Shown piece after piece: positions 1 to 12,724 of a stretch of DNA of 64,000 nt. Both the position numbers and the translations under genes were made by a program. The DNA lies in the NCBI GenBank assembly GCA_964016885.1, contig OZ024741.1:270382001-270446000 (forward strand), written 5' to 3'. The notes beneath the pieces are model-generated. The model was not told where the DNA came from and ran no database searches. It saw only the letters and a list, made by a program, of their open reading frames with translations. Source of the stretch: Eledone cirrhosa. Taxonomy: Eukaryota. Within the stretch, counting starts at the first letter, position 1, and every line of letters begins with the position of its first letter.

Positions 1-27
1 TCCTTTCAGCAGTTGTCATCCATTTCT

Positions 28-309
28 TTAACCCTTGAGCATTTATATTACTCTATATTTACTATTGTATTTTCACGGTAAAGGCTTTACTTCACATAAT
101 ATCTCGCATAGCATTTACATTATATATTGTATTCTCAGAGTAAAGGCTTTATCTCACATAATACGAAGCTACGAGATTTTGATGTTGTTTATTTTGAGAA
201 CAATACCTTAACATTGGTATGGTATGAGTTGCTGATTACGGTTGGTTTGAACAGAAAGAGTTGAGAGAATTCTGACCAGATATGGCCGGTTTAAATGCTA
301 AAGGGTTAA
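28..309. mobile_element. piggyBac-like MITE (TTAA-flanked)
   Basis: TTAA-CCCTTGAGCATTTA ... TAAATGCTAAAGGG-TTAA; related copies at 41830-42059 and 42138-42595. Confidence 0.75.
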
Positions 310-683
310 ATATTGTGACTAGTTTGACAAACTCCTATGAATTTCAGGACATTTCAGTGACATGGCTTGGAATCTGCAAAAAGCACCCCAAGGACCAGAT
401 GATAGATTTAAAAAATTGATTTGACAAATTCCTCTTGTGAATTTCAGGTAACCAAGACTATCACTGCAGTTGAATACATCAAACTCTTCTAGGAACTTTC
501 CTCTTGATATTTATTTTTCCTTTACTATTTAGTAGTAAAGAAAGGCAGCACCTATGATCCTTTATTTTTTTAAGGCCTCCTAGACAGGTCAGATATCCCC
601 TATACAGTGACTTGGGTTGGAATCTGCTAAAAGCATCCAAAGGACCAGGTAACAAATTAAGTCTTTTCTTCTTCACCCACTTC

Positions 684-875
684 CTAAGAGGGTTGTTGGG
701 ACAAAGACCTCAAACACTCCTTCCAGTGGGTCCTGTCAGAAGCAACCGTTTCCAACTGATCTGGCTGGATCCCCAAGCATGACCAGCCAACAAGCTCATG
801 GATGTTATCCAACCATCTTGCTTTGGGTCTCCCGCCGGTCGGTTTTGATTGAACCAAAGAATCCTGTCGTCCAGC
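684..875 (-). mobile_element. RTE LINE 3' remnant
   Basis: GRPKARWLDNI...LETVASDRTHW motif; same family as 29620-30095. Confidence 0.65.
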
Positions 876-1871
876 GCCACACCTAGCCTCTTTCGCCCAC
901 AGCATTTAAACCGATTAAGTCATAAACCAAAAACTCAAAATGCAAAGAACCATGAATACCATAAAGCATCTTGTCAACAATTTTGCCTATCTTCTTTCTT
1001 GGACTAGTATTTTATTTTATTTAACCTCCAAAAGATAGAAAATAAGATTGACCTCAGCAGGATTTAAACTCAATGCAGAGAGGCAGAACCACTACCATGA
1101 GGTATTTTACCCTACATACTAACAACACTGCTAATGCAAAACCATCAACTTCCTCAGATTTCGTATTTCCCCCTCTCATATATCAACTGATTGGGTTTAA
1201 TCTATAGCCAATCTCCAGAGTCTTTGATCATATACAGAGAAGTTAACTAAACCTTTTTTTTTTTTTTTTTTTTATATTACAAAACTTAGGTAGGATCAAT
1301 GTTTATATTTTGTTTCCATAACATTAAGCAAATAAGAGATAAAATGCGCACCTGGATTGGCTGTTAGTCTACTATAAGTAGTTTATCTACAGGGAGAGTT
1401 GAATTCAATATTACAAACCATAATAAAATTTGAGGGTGCAAGTGTACTTGAGATTTCTCTCAATTTTTTTTTTTTTTTAATTGTTTTTTTTCTAGGATCT
1501 CCAAGACTATTGGACGGAAAGCATTGATCATCCACTAACCAGAAACTGGGTCTCAGTAATAACAACAAAGTGGACAATGGATTATCCACTGACCACACCT
1601 GGTCTCAGTAATAACAAAGTGACTCTACTAAAGACACTTGAAGGACAGTTTTTGTGTGCTAAGCCAAGCAATGGATTAAAGCCACCACTCATGAATAGGT
1701 ACAGTTCATCTAGTTCACTTCCACATAGTTTCCATGCATCAAATTTTACATGCAAGACTTAGTTTGGTCCAAGTCTATTGTAGAAGATACTTTCCCAATG
1801 TGCTGTGCAGAAGGATCAACGCCAATACAATATGGTGGAAACCTCTTAAGTACAATTGGCTGCTGTATTGT

Positions 1872-2150
1872 GAAGGCAGGTGGTCTAGTGGTAAAGGTGT
1901 TGGACTAACGATCATAATGTAGGTTCAATTCCTGGGGTGGGTTGTGTGTTGTGTTCTTGAGCAAAACACTTCATTTCACGTTGCTCCAGTATACTCAGTT
2001 GAAAATGAGTACCAACAATAGCTGGAGGTTTAACCCTGTGATGGACTGGCATCCTGTCCAGGGGGAAGTCTTGTACTCTCAGTTGCTTTACGCCATTAAA
2101 CCAGGATAAATACCAGCTCAACACACTGCTTGCAGCGCATGAGGGCATGC
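1872..2150 (+). mobile_element. tRNA-derived CORE-SINE
   Basis: A box tggtctagtggtaa, B box ggttcaattcc, CORE-like ttgtgttcttgagcaaaacacttcatttcacgttgctccag. Confidence 0.8.
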
Positions 2151-2289
2151 ATGCTGTATTGAACTGGTCAAGTTACTATAGAGACGATTCTCTACAAGCT
2201 GGCATACACACACTAACACTGCTAAATATCCAGGTTACGGGGCAACATATGTCCTGACACTACAGAGTGTGCTGAGCATTTTATCATGG

Positions 2290-2690
2290 TACTAGCTCTA
2301 GGGAGGTTGTTATGTCTTTGGCACAGCTGAAGTCATGGCACCAGAACTAGGGAGGTTGTCATGTCTTTGACACAGTTGAAGTAATGTTGCCAGAACTAGG
2401 GATGTTGTAATGTCTTTGACACAGCTGAAGTCATGGCACCATAACTGGGGAGGTTGTCATGTCTGTGACACAGCTGAAGTCATGGCACCATAACTGGGGA
2501 GGTTGTCATGTCTGTGACACAGCTGAAGTCATGGCACCATAACTGGAGAGGCTGTCATGTCTGTGACACAGCTGAAGTCATGGCACCATAACTGGGGAGG
2601 TTGTCATGTCTGTGACACAGCTGAGGTCATGGCACCATAACTGGGGAGGTTGTCATGTCTGTGACACAGCTGAAGTCATGGCACCAGCAT
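2290..2690. repeat. 49-bp minisatellite (about 8 units)
   Basis: Unit ataactggggaggttgtcatgtctgtgacacagctgaagtcatggcacc, at 2441, 2490 and onward. Confidence 0.9.
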
Positions 2691-2978
2691 TACAGAGGTT
2701 CTCATGGCTGAAGAGTCCTCACTTTCCTTTATTTGACCAGTTTTCTATTGCTGGGTTCCCTTCCTATCACCAACCATTTTACAGACTATACAAAGTGCGT
2801 TTTATTGTGTCACCAACTCTTGAGATGTCATGTCCTTGACACAACTGAAGAGTCCTTTCAACCCTTTTTTGGAATGATTCCTACTGCCAGGAGTCCTTTC
2901 TAACACCCTCAATTATGCAAACAGCCTCAGAAAATATTTTTTTTTCACTAGCTCTGACAGCTGGCAGGTAAGCAGTAT

Positions 2979-3025
2979 ACAGTACTGATGAAGGGCAATC
3001 ACCCAGAAACATTAGTGTCTGCTGT
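2979..3025 (+). ncRNA. Type I minimal hammerhead ribozyme motif, copy 1
   Basis: Stem I acagta/tgctgt; core CTGATGA; stem II ggg/ccc (A.A at 10.1-11.1); GAAAC; stem III aca-ttag-tgt; predicted GUC cleavage after 3019. Confidence 0.7.
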
Positions 3026-3411
3026 TCTGTTTATATGCCAACACAAGAGCAAAAATGACAGGATCATTCTACCGACATGGCTTAAAGAGGCTGTTTGCAT
3101 AATGGCAAACGATCGAATATTATCATTTAATATTTGAAAAACTCAGATTACATTTATTGTATTCAGCCATGTAGAGTGATAAAACTATTGGTTAGTTATT
3201 TGAATATGGCAAAGTCATTAATCGTTTATATACATGAAACTGAATGGCCTATCTGCTGATATGCAAATCTGGCTGATAAGTGGATCTGCTAATATGCAGA
3301 TCTGACTGATCAGGCAGTCTGCTAAATATGCAAATCTGGCCGATCAGTAACTGTATATTTCAGAAAATATCATATTTTCACTAGCTCTGACAACTGGTAG
3401 GTAAGCAGTAT

Positions 3412-3458
3412 ACAGTACTGATGAAGGGTAATCACCCAGAAACATTAGTGTCTGCCGT
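3412..3458 (+). ncRNA. Type I minimal hammerhead ribozyme motif, copy 2
   Basis: Same architecture, with stem II gggt/accc; predicted cleavage after 3452, 433 nt from copy 1; one mismatch in stem I. Confidence 0.65.
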
Positions 3459-3628
3459 TCTGTTTATATGCCAACACAAGAGCAAGAATGACGGGGTCAT
3501 TCGACTGACATGCTTAAAGAGGCTGTTTACATAATGGCAAATGAATTGAATATTATTATTAATATTCGAAAAACTCAGATTACATTTATAGTATTCAGCA
3601 TGTAGAGCGATAACCATTTGTTAGTTAT

Positions 3629-3668
<40 letters not shown>

Positions 3669-3929
3669 ATCTATATATACTCTGTTTTTTTAATTTGTTT
3701 TGCAAAATGTATGTTTTAATTGGCAACATGATCCTCCCAAATTATAACAATATATACATATATATATACACACACACTCTCTCTCTCTCACACACACACA
3801 CACAGATATATATATACCATGACTCATACACTGTTCACTTTCCTAACAATTGTACATTATTCTATGTACTATACATGCACTGTTGATGAGTTGTAATGCA
3901 CCTGAGCACTACACAATAATTTATTGAAT

Positions 3930-6340
3930 CAAGGTTTACCAAAGGAGTAGTGATAGAGGAAAATAGAGTAGAGGGAGAGCTAATTAGAAGACTAGAAGAG
4001 GCGTTTAGGACAGGCATCGCAACCGACGTGCTTGCGGCGAGATTGGAACTCGACCAATTCTTCAACACAAAGCATGAAGGATGCGTTGTCAGAGCTGGAG
4101 TGCGTGCTCTCAGACACAAGGGGACGAAAGCTGTTCAATGGGCCCGGGTGGTGGAGGCGTGACGTGGCAACAAATCCACAATACGGTCTTTGCCTGATCA
4201 AAACGGATGCATATTGCTCGAACCCGAGCAGATGTGTGTGGCTTTTCAACAGCACTTTGCTCGATTGTTCTGGGGCGGCAGCGGACAGGATCGGAATATG
4301 GACTTCGGTGAATACCTCGATGGACTGCTGCGGCCCTGAACGACTGCAGCACAATGCTGCGAAAGGCCGATAACAGCAGATGAAATACGGGAAGCGATGT
4401 CTACACTGCACGAGGGGTAAATCGCCAGGTTTGGATGGTGTACCCTACGAGCTTTATGCATACATGCCAGACTTGTTCGGCGACCACTGCAACTGGCAGC
4501 AGAACGGGAGCATTCCCAGTTTTGTGAGCCGGGGAGCAGTGGCGCTGCTGAGAAAAGACCCAAACAAAGGGGACGTTATAGACAACTTCAGGCCCATAAC
4601 TCAGCTAAACACAGAGTTCAAGGTGCTAGCAAAGAGATTAGCACTTGTCATCAGTAATCTGGTGGGAGACGCGCCGACATACGCCATTTTGGACAGATCC
4701 ATCTCATGCGATACATCATAGAGAGGGTGGTTAAGGAACCTGGCACGGGTGGGGCTCTGATCAACTTGGATCAATCTAAAGCATTTGATAGGGTCGACCA
4801 TTGGTACCTGGCTGTGGTCCTCGAGGCAGCCGGCTTGGCTCCGTTTTTAGAGGCTGGATCACTGTGAAGCACAGCGACATCTGTTCGATTGTGAGGGTGA
4901 ATGGTCAGCTGTTCAGCATCATGCGCTTGGTCCGCCAAGGTTGTCCCCTCTTGTCCCTCTTGTACGTACTGACTCTCGAGCCATTACTACACAAATTGGA
5001 GACCATGAGGGGGGTATCTCGTGAACTGGGATGCGGGAGATCTGTGTTGGCTTATGTCGGTGACGTCACCGTGGTGGTGTAGAGCACCAAACACGTCCAG
5101 ATGCTCGGCACCGCTCTCAAGGAATACAAAGCGGTGACAGGAGCAAAGATAAAGCAGGAAAAGTCGGTAGGCTTGCAACTCGGCACCTGGAGAGGCAAGT
5201 CCATGCCGTCCGACAGCATCGTGGGACGCTGGATGGAGGGACCAGTTAAATTGCTCGGGGTCTGGTTTGGTCCAGACCTCCAGATGGAGAAAAACTGGAG
5301 CAAGGTCGCGAGCAGGGTGGCTTCTCTCACCCAGAAATGGGCTGAGAGGAGGCTGTCTCTGAAAGGTCAGGCGGAGGTGGTGAATGCGTACATCGCGTCC
5401 GTCATCTGCTACCGCCTGACCATCGCACCTTGCCCCCATCCAACTCCCACCAAAATGGAGCGCCTTCTCTTCCGCTTTTTGTGGAAGGGACGTGCTCCCA
5501 TGGTCAAACGATCCATCTGCTATCAGCACCTGTTGCATGGAGGACTGGTCATGCTGTGGCTAATGATGCGCAAACATGCGCTGAGGCTGCAACATCTCTG
5601 ATGCTTCCTTAATGGTAAGCAGGTGTGGTTGCCGTTTGCCAGACACGCTTTGCCCCAGCTCGTTTCCTTGACGGAGCTGCAGTCCTCGATCAGAAAAAGA
5701 CCGAGGGATAGCGCTTGGAAGCTGAAATGTCTCCAGGCGCTCACTGCTCTCTACCAGCTGGGCACTGATATCGGTGGAACATCCACCTTGGCGTTCTATA
5801 GAGGGCTAGTGGAGGGGAAGAGCGACAACATTCTCGGGGAGACCCTGGGCGTCGAAGACGATCAGCTATTGCTGTCTTCAAGAGAACTTTTATGGACAAA
5901 TTCCAGAAATCCCTGGCCTGGCAGTGCTACCGGAGAGCGTTGCTGGTTCGGGATAAGCTCTACAGACACGGAGGTGCTGTCAGCCGAGATGCGTGCAGGA
6001 TGATGAAACAGTCCTACACGCATTCGTTCAGTGCCCGAGAATTGCTGACTTGTGGAGCTATGTCGAACAGCTGCTGTCGCGTGTAGGATGGATCCGGTTA
6101 TCGACCGAGTCCATTGTGCAGATAGCCCCGCCATCCTCCTTTAAAGAGGAGGAAGGGAAAGCAGTCTTCATCTGCCTGGTGGCCATGGCGAAAGAGATTG
6201 TGTGGTGGACAAGGTTGAAAGGGTTAAAGACGGACACTTTCCTCTCCGGGCAATCCCTGATTAACTTTTTCAAGTTTCACTTGAAGAAGAAAATCAGGGT
6301 GGAAAGGCAAGTGCTGTCTTCTAGTAAGTTTGTTGAATTA
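3930..6340 (+). mobile_element. Tx1/L1-clade LINE ORF2, degenerate and 5'-truncated
   Basis: GKSPGLDGVPYELY, FRPITQLNTEFKVLAK, LDQSKAFDRVDH, VRQGCPL, AYVGDV (decayed YADD), LSLKGQAEVVN, DETVLHAFVQCP; multiple frameshifts and stops. Confidence 0.9.
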
Positions 6341-7759
6341 TACGGTTGATGTTCTGTCTCTCTCTTTTACTCACTGCCTCCGTCTCTAACTCTCTCCCCA
6401 TCTCTCCCTATTATATGGTTGATGTTCTCTCTTCCACTCACTGCCTCCGTTTCTCCCACTCTCTCCATTATATGGTTGATGTTCTCTATCTTTCACTCAC
6501 TTCCTCCGTTTCTCTCACTCTCCCCATCTCTCACTATTATATGCAAATGGGATCCCACGTGCTGGCTGCCCCATAAACCCGGCAGACAGAATAGAGAAGG
6601 CGTTTCCCCGGAGTATGGTGAGAGATGCATTGGAAGAACCATTCCAGCTTGCGAGGCTCACACCTGTGAGTTAGCAACTCTGTGCCGATGGTGGTGAAGG
6701 GAGGTGGTCCTAGGGCAAGGACATCAGAAGTCTCCACTGCTACAGGCTCTGTCAGAGAGCAACTGATATTTAGAAAGTTTACCCTCCTTAGCCTTAAGTG
6801 CAGCAGCCTGGATTAGTCGCGGAATGGGAAGTTGGTCATGCTGTCTGGCCTTCTGCCATTCCCTCAGTACAGCCGAACCAACTCAAGCTGGGAGGGGAAG
6901 CTTGCAACATCCAAGCCATGCTTCATGATCTCGTTGAGGGCAGCATGGCATGGAAGGCGGCCAGCATTGTAGTGACAGGGCAGTAGGTTGAAAAATAAAA
7001 CCTGTCAAATGGCAGAAAACTAGGTGAGGTAACAGCCATCTAATAGCGTGTAAAAACAAAAACAGGAAGACTGAGATTGTTAGACTTGGTTGGCAGTCTG
7101 TATAGGAGATGGATTACTCTAATTTCAAAACTGAGTTAGATAGGACCCCTAAATCACATTAGTGGCATCTTTTCAAGTGGCCAATAGTTTATTCATCCTT
7201 ATGATGAAAGTGGATGTTGAAATATGTTTCATTTTCTATTTTTAAAATTATATTTTCATCTTTACAAAATATGAAACAAGAGCCCTTGAAATTTTCAGAA
7301 AATTAACTAGAATAATACCAATACTTTCATTTTGAATAAACATCATATCCGGTGAATTGACAGAGTCGGTAGAGCGTGGGATCGAAGGCATTGCAACATT
7401 TCGTTACGGCTGTCTGTGATCTTGTTTCAAATCCTGCTGAGGTCAATTTTGTCTTTCATCCTTCCAGGGTCGACACTATAAAGTACCAGTCATACTCTGG
7501 GGCCAATGAAATAAAATACCTGTGAAGTTTGTTTTAAAAATAGGGTCTAAAATCTGTCTCAAACCAGGAGGCTCATTAAGCCGATGCTTATCCCAGTTTT
7601 CTTGACGTTAAGCAACTGATGTACAAAGCTTACCCCTTGGACAGGACTACAGTTCAACCTAGGGTTAAACTGCGCATCAACTGCTTGTACTCAGTCATTA
7701 ACAGCAGCGTTATAGGGTTTTACATAATAACTTGTTGCCATCGACCGCTATAAGACCGC

Positions 7760-7989
7760 TACAAGAAAGTGTTTCTACTACAAAAAAGGAAAAGAAATCG
7801 CCGCTCTAGTTTCTGGAATTAACATTGAGTGGGAAGTTTAGTTTTGTTACACCGCCTGCGTAAGGCAGAGCAGTGAAACAACAAATGAACAATTAAGATT
7901 ATTTGTGGAAGGAAGAAGGGTGCAGTCAATCATCCGTGACTAAGTACTAACTAAACAAGACCTTTATACTTTCAACAATGAATTGAAAG
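7760..7989 (+). other. Candidate non-coding first exon/promoter (possibly of MFSD13A)
   Basis: Unique-looking, CpG-containing segment ending in a strong donor aaag|gtaagc at 7989. The start coordinate is approximate and the link to MFSD13A is unproven. Confidence 0.3.
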
Positions 7990-8396
7990 GTAAGCTTGTT
8001 TATCTATTGTGTTTACTAAACAAAAACAAATCTTATTTGTAGTATAAACAAGGTGCTGTTTATTAGTTTAATTTAACTGAACTTTGAAAATACTTCACTT
8101 TATACATATTTTATGTACATTCCAACGTATATATATATATAAATATAAATATATACACTTACACATATATATATATATACTTACACGCACGTACAAACAC
8201 ACACATATATATATATATACACACACCTACATACCGTGGGTGTATCTTGTTGACATGGCCTCGAGAAGCAAATACATGATTCAGTGTGTTAAAGTGTTAA
8301 AGCCATGACCATCTCGTCTTATATTGTCAGGACATGATTTGAGAGAGATTTTGTTGACATTTCTAACAGGTCGAACCACCATATTGAGGCAAACGC

Positions 8397-8432
<36 letters not shown>

Positions 8433-8504
8433 TGTACGTATATATATACATATATACTGTATCTATCTCTCTCTCTCTATATATATATATATAAAAACTC
8501 ACCT

Positions 8505-8542
<38 letters not shown>

Positions 8543-8962
8543 GGAGGTGAGTTTATATATATATACATGTCACAACATCCAAATATATCGGCAACTTCCT
8601 TGTTTAATTTGACATATAACAATCTCACACGTACGATTCTGTGGTCTTTAATATGACACTTGTTAACCATTCCTTGTCATATTTCTAAGGAAAGACACTG
8701 GCTATGTTTTTTCAAATACTGTAATTTTGAAAATAACCAAGAATTTGAAGGAATTTAGTAATACATAACTAACTTTCTCAATTTTAAATTAGCGTTTAGA
8801 ACATAACTTAAAGGTTCCAAATATAAAATTATAGTAGAAAGTTTTTGGATAAATATAAAGTTTTGGCTAAGTTTGTTATTATTACATCTGTAATAGTATA
8901 TATATTATATATATATATATAAAATTAACTTTGTTGAATGATAATCAACAAACTATATAACT

Positions 8963-9013
<51 letters not shown>

Positions 9014-9302
9014 GGAGAGAGAGGAGATGGGCTCCGCCAGGCTTAACATGTCCAAGAAACGCCGTATGTCAATGCAGCGTTCCTGCGACTCTCTGTATAT
9101 ATGTATGTATATACACATACATACATATGTGTGTATGTATTTATGTGTGTGTGTATGTATGTACGTATGTGTGTATATATATATGTGTGTGTGTGTGAGC
9201 CGTCAGGGTTCTGAATCTTTTCATATTACCCACTCTGCTACCCCAAGTATCGAGTACTCTGGTGCGTTATGGTCCACCTGGTATCTTACTACACCCTCTT
9301 TG

Positions 9303-9346
<44 letters not shown>

Positions 9347-10507
9347 ATGTGTGTTTTATTTTAAGGATAGTCAATTGATAGATTTGGTTAGAATTTTGAA
9401 AGTAAACTTTTATGATTTCCTGTAATTTTTTTATAAATATTGTTTTGAATGAATACGTCCTTCAAAACCTCCTTAAATCACTCTGGTTCCCGTAGTTTCC
9501 CTACTCGAGAAGTCCATAGCACCCGTCGCAAAGAGATGGGTGTAATAATTGAAATTACATCCAGTTTTATCTAGCAGATCAAGAAGCGGATTCAGGCCGG
9601 CTGCTATCAAACAGTCAACTTATTCTGTGATGAAACATCTTATTTTTTTTCCCCATTAATTAATAGTTTTCTCACGTAATGGTATGTGAACGAAAACAGA
9701 TGTGTTCTTTTATCTAAATTGTAGGTCGGTTGTTGACCAACACTTATATTTACCACATCACCGACTTATTTAAGGAACCTCGACCTCCTAGAAATAGCAG
9801 CCAAATCTTTTCTCAAATAATACCCTACCTTCTTGAAACATGATACTTTGAGTAATAGGGTTCCCTTTCTAAATAAGTAGTCACATATGTATATGTGTGA
9901 AATAGATGTTTTCGTTTATATATATATATATGTAGGTTCGTTGACACACCCTCTACCGTGTGGAATTCTTGTTATTTAGCCACAGGTCAACTCTGGTCCT
10001 ACAGGTGTATGAACAAATAGACTGACTTTGATTACGGTAAAATTAGTTTAATCATTGTATTTATTGAAGTGTATAAAATTCGTGTCTGGTGACCCTGTGG
10101 TAAACAGACGAAGCTCCAGAGTAACAAAATTCAATTTTTAGCCTTAATAAAAATTAATACATGTATGTATATATATATACTGTTTCTCTTTTCTTCCCTT
10201 TTCCCTTCTATTTTCCTTCCCTCCCTCCTCCGTTTTTCCAATAACTTACCCGGTTATTGAATGCTCTGGGGGTAGATATATTGTCTTTAAAGTTGAAATA
10301 TCCGTGACCCTCAGTAGACAACTGATGAGGAAAACTCCCCCCGCCCGTTCTTGCTTTCTTCTTATTCTCATTCCATTTTTAAGCCTAATTTTACTAGCAA
10401 CTACACAGCCATCCTATTCTCCTCGCCTTTCATCCTTACGGGGTCGATAAAATAAAGTACCAGTAATGTACTGGGTAATTGCTGGCCTTGTGCCTAAAAA
10501 TAGAAAC

Positions 10508-10544
<37 letters not shown>

Positions 10545-10621
10545 TGTAATAAACAACATAAGTTTACCAGTGGTTTCTTGAAGACAGATATTTATATCTG
10601 TCTTCAGTCGTCAGATGTTAT

Positions 10622-10689
10622 TTATTCATTCTGACGACTGAAGACAGATATAATATCTGCCTTCAAGAAACCACTGGTAAATGTAATAA
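10622..10689 (+). ncRNA. Type I hammerhead ribozyme motif (long stem II), with an inverted copy on the - strand at about 10562-10620
   Basis: ttattcatt-CTGACGA-c[tgaagacagata/tatctgccttca]a-GAAAC-cactg-GTA-aatgtaataa; stem I catt/aatg plus ttatt/aataa. Confidence 0.65.
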
Positions 10690-10779
10690 TTATCTTATGT
10701 TGTTTATTACATAACTAATAAGCTCTGTAGCCTACACAGAGTACCCTTTTTTCCTGTACCTTTCTGACGAAAATACTTC

Positions 10780-10833
<54 letters not shown>

Positions 10834-11339
10834 ATGGATGCAGTAAGAACCAATTAAACCATTACTCGCCAGAGTACTCGATATTTGGGGTAGTAGAGTG
10901 GGTGCTTTATGAAAAATTTCAGACCCCGATGGTCGAGCTGCTGCCGTTTTAATAGCTAGATCCAATCTGAATCTAGTTCGGACCTAGCCGTCAGGCTCCC
11001 GAATTTGTCTCTCTCTCTCTCTCATATATATACATGTATGCATAGATGTGAATATATATATATATATCATCATCATTTTACGGTCGCTTTTCCCTGCTTG
11101 CAAGGGTGGGATGGGAACTGATTCTGGCTTGATTTCTACAGTTGGATGCCCTTCCTAACACCAACCTCATTTACAGTGAGTGCTGGGTGCTTTTTTCCGT
11201 GGCACCTACACGTCCACTTTACAGTGTGGGCCGGGTGCTTTTTTGCAGTGGATTGATAGGGACCCCAGTCCTATCATCTCATTTCTACAACTGAGTAAAC
11301 TGGAGCAATGTGAAATAAAGTGTCTTGCTCAAGTAAACA

Positions 11340-12441
11340 GGTTTTCTATGGCTGGATGCCCTTCCTAATACCAACCACATTCATAGTGTGAACTGGGAGC
11401 CTTTTCACCGTGTTTCCTACACGGCCACCTTACAGTGTGGACTGTTGTGTCATCTACACAGTGGACAAAACAGGAGAGGGAGGATGGGTAGGGTGTCAGG
11501 TGGGGTGTACATTGAGTTAAGAGGTGCCTACTGACTGTAGGTTTGTATGCAATAGCAGTCGGTTCAACTGCATGGTGCCAAAGGTCTCGCTCCAGTGTCA
11601 TTGTCTTAGAGAGGTGTAGGTGAGCAAGGTCAGTTTTTATCACCTCATCCCAGGTTTTTCTTGGTTTACCCACTCCGCAGCTTCCATCAATTTTCATTGC
11701 CCTACACTTTTTTATACAGCTGTCGTCCTTCATACGCATCACATGTCCATACCAACGCAATCTCCTCTCCAGAACACAACATTTGATAGATATTATGCTT
11801 AGTCTCCCTCTTAATTCGTTTATGCTCTGCCTTTCGTGCACATTACTATTATACATCCATTGGAGCATGCAAGCTTCATTTCTTTCTAATCTACGCAAGT
11901 CTTCAGCACACAATGCCCAAGTCTCACTACCATGTAATATCGCCGTTTGTATACATGCATCATATAATCTGCTTTTCATTTTTAGAGAAAAAACCCTTGT
12001 GGCCAACAGCGGTATTAGTTCTCTGAACTTTTTCCATCCCGTTCTAACTCTGGCTACTACACTTTCACAGCACCCTCCTCCACTTTTGATTTTGTCACTC
12101 AGGTAACGGAAGGTGTCTACTATTTCTATAGAACCATCGGGGCAATTGAAGGAGATATCATCCAGTGGCTTCTTGCTATTTACTGCACCTGAGCATCAGC
12201 CACATATAAAATCTACATTATTAGATAGCTTCCCTCTGATACCACTACATCTTTTATGTACCCGTAGTTTGCATTCGGGACATAGAATGGAGTTCTTGCC
12301 TACTTCTTTCTTACAAACTGTGCATGGCCATTTCCCAGAGGGTACCTCTGCCCTATTCTCCTTTCTACATACTAGAACCTTAGTCTTAGACAAGTTGACT
12401 CTAAGGCCTTTTGATTCAAGGCCATGCTTCCATGTTTGGAA
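11340..12441 (-). mobile_element. RTE LINE (subfamily A), 5'-truncated and degenerate
   Basis: WPCTVCKKEVGKNSILCPECKLRVHKRCSG, LHGSETW, RRLRWYGHVMR, GKPRKTW. Confidence 0.9.
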
Positions 12442-12724
12442 CTATATATGTATATATATATATATATATGTGTGTATCATGATAAATTAACGGAACCATA
12501 GACTCGTTAATCCCTGCCAATAATGTGCTCAAAGGAAAAGGAATCCTGAGCTCTTCAAAATACAATATGTTGAAAAGGTAACACACCAGAGAGAGATAGT
12601 GTGCCATCAATAAAACAGGGAAAACCACCAGTGTATGGAATCTATAATCTATGGAAGGCAGGGTAGGCACACAATAATTAAAAATATAAATTAAAATGTA
12701 TATACGCACCTCTATAACTATATA

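Larger units (their letters stand above)
2912..3630 (+). mobile_element. Tandem (433-nt period) hammerhead-bearing repeat; Penelope pLTR/retrozyme-like
   Basis: 2929-3200 is repeated at 3361-3630. A 17-bp inverted copy of internal 3087-3103 sits at 2912-2928. Confidence 0.65.

Noticed and set aside
9011-9092. GC-rich island with ATG (MGSARLNMSKKRR) as a possible exon
   Set aside because: Homologous to a dispersed repeat seen at 39273-39325 and, reversed, at about 39735 and 40045-40085.
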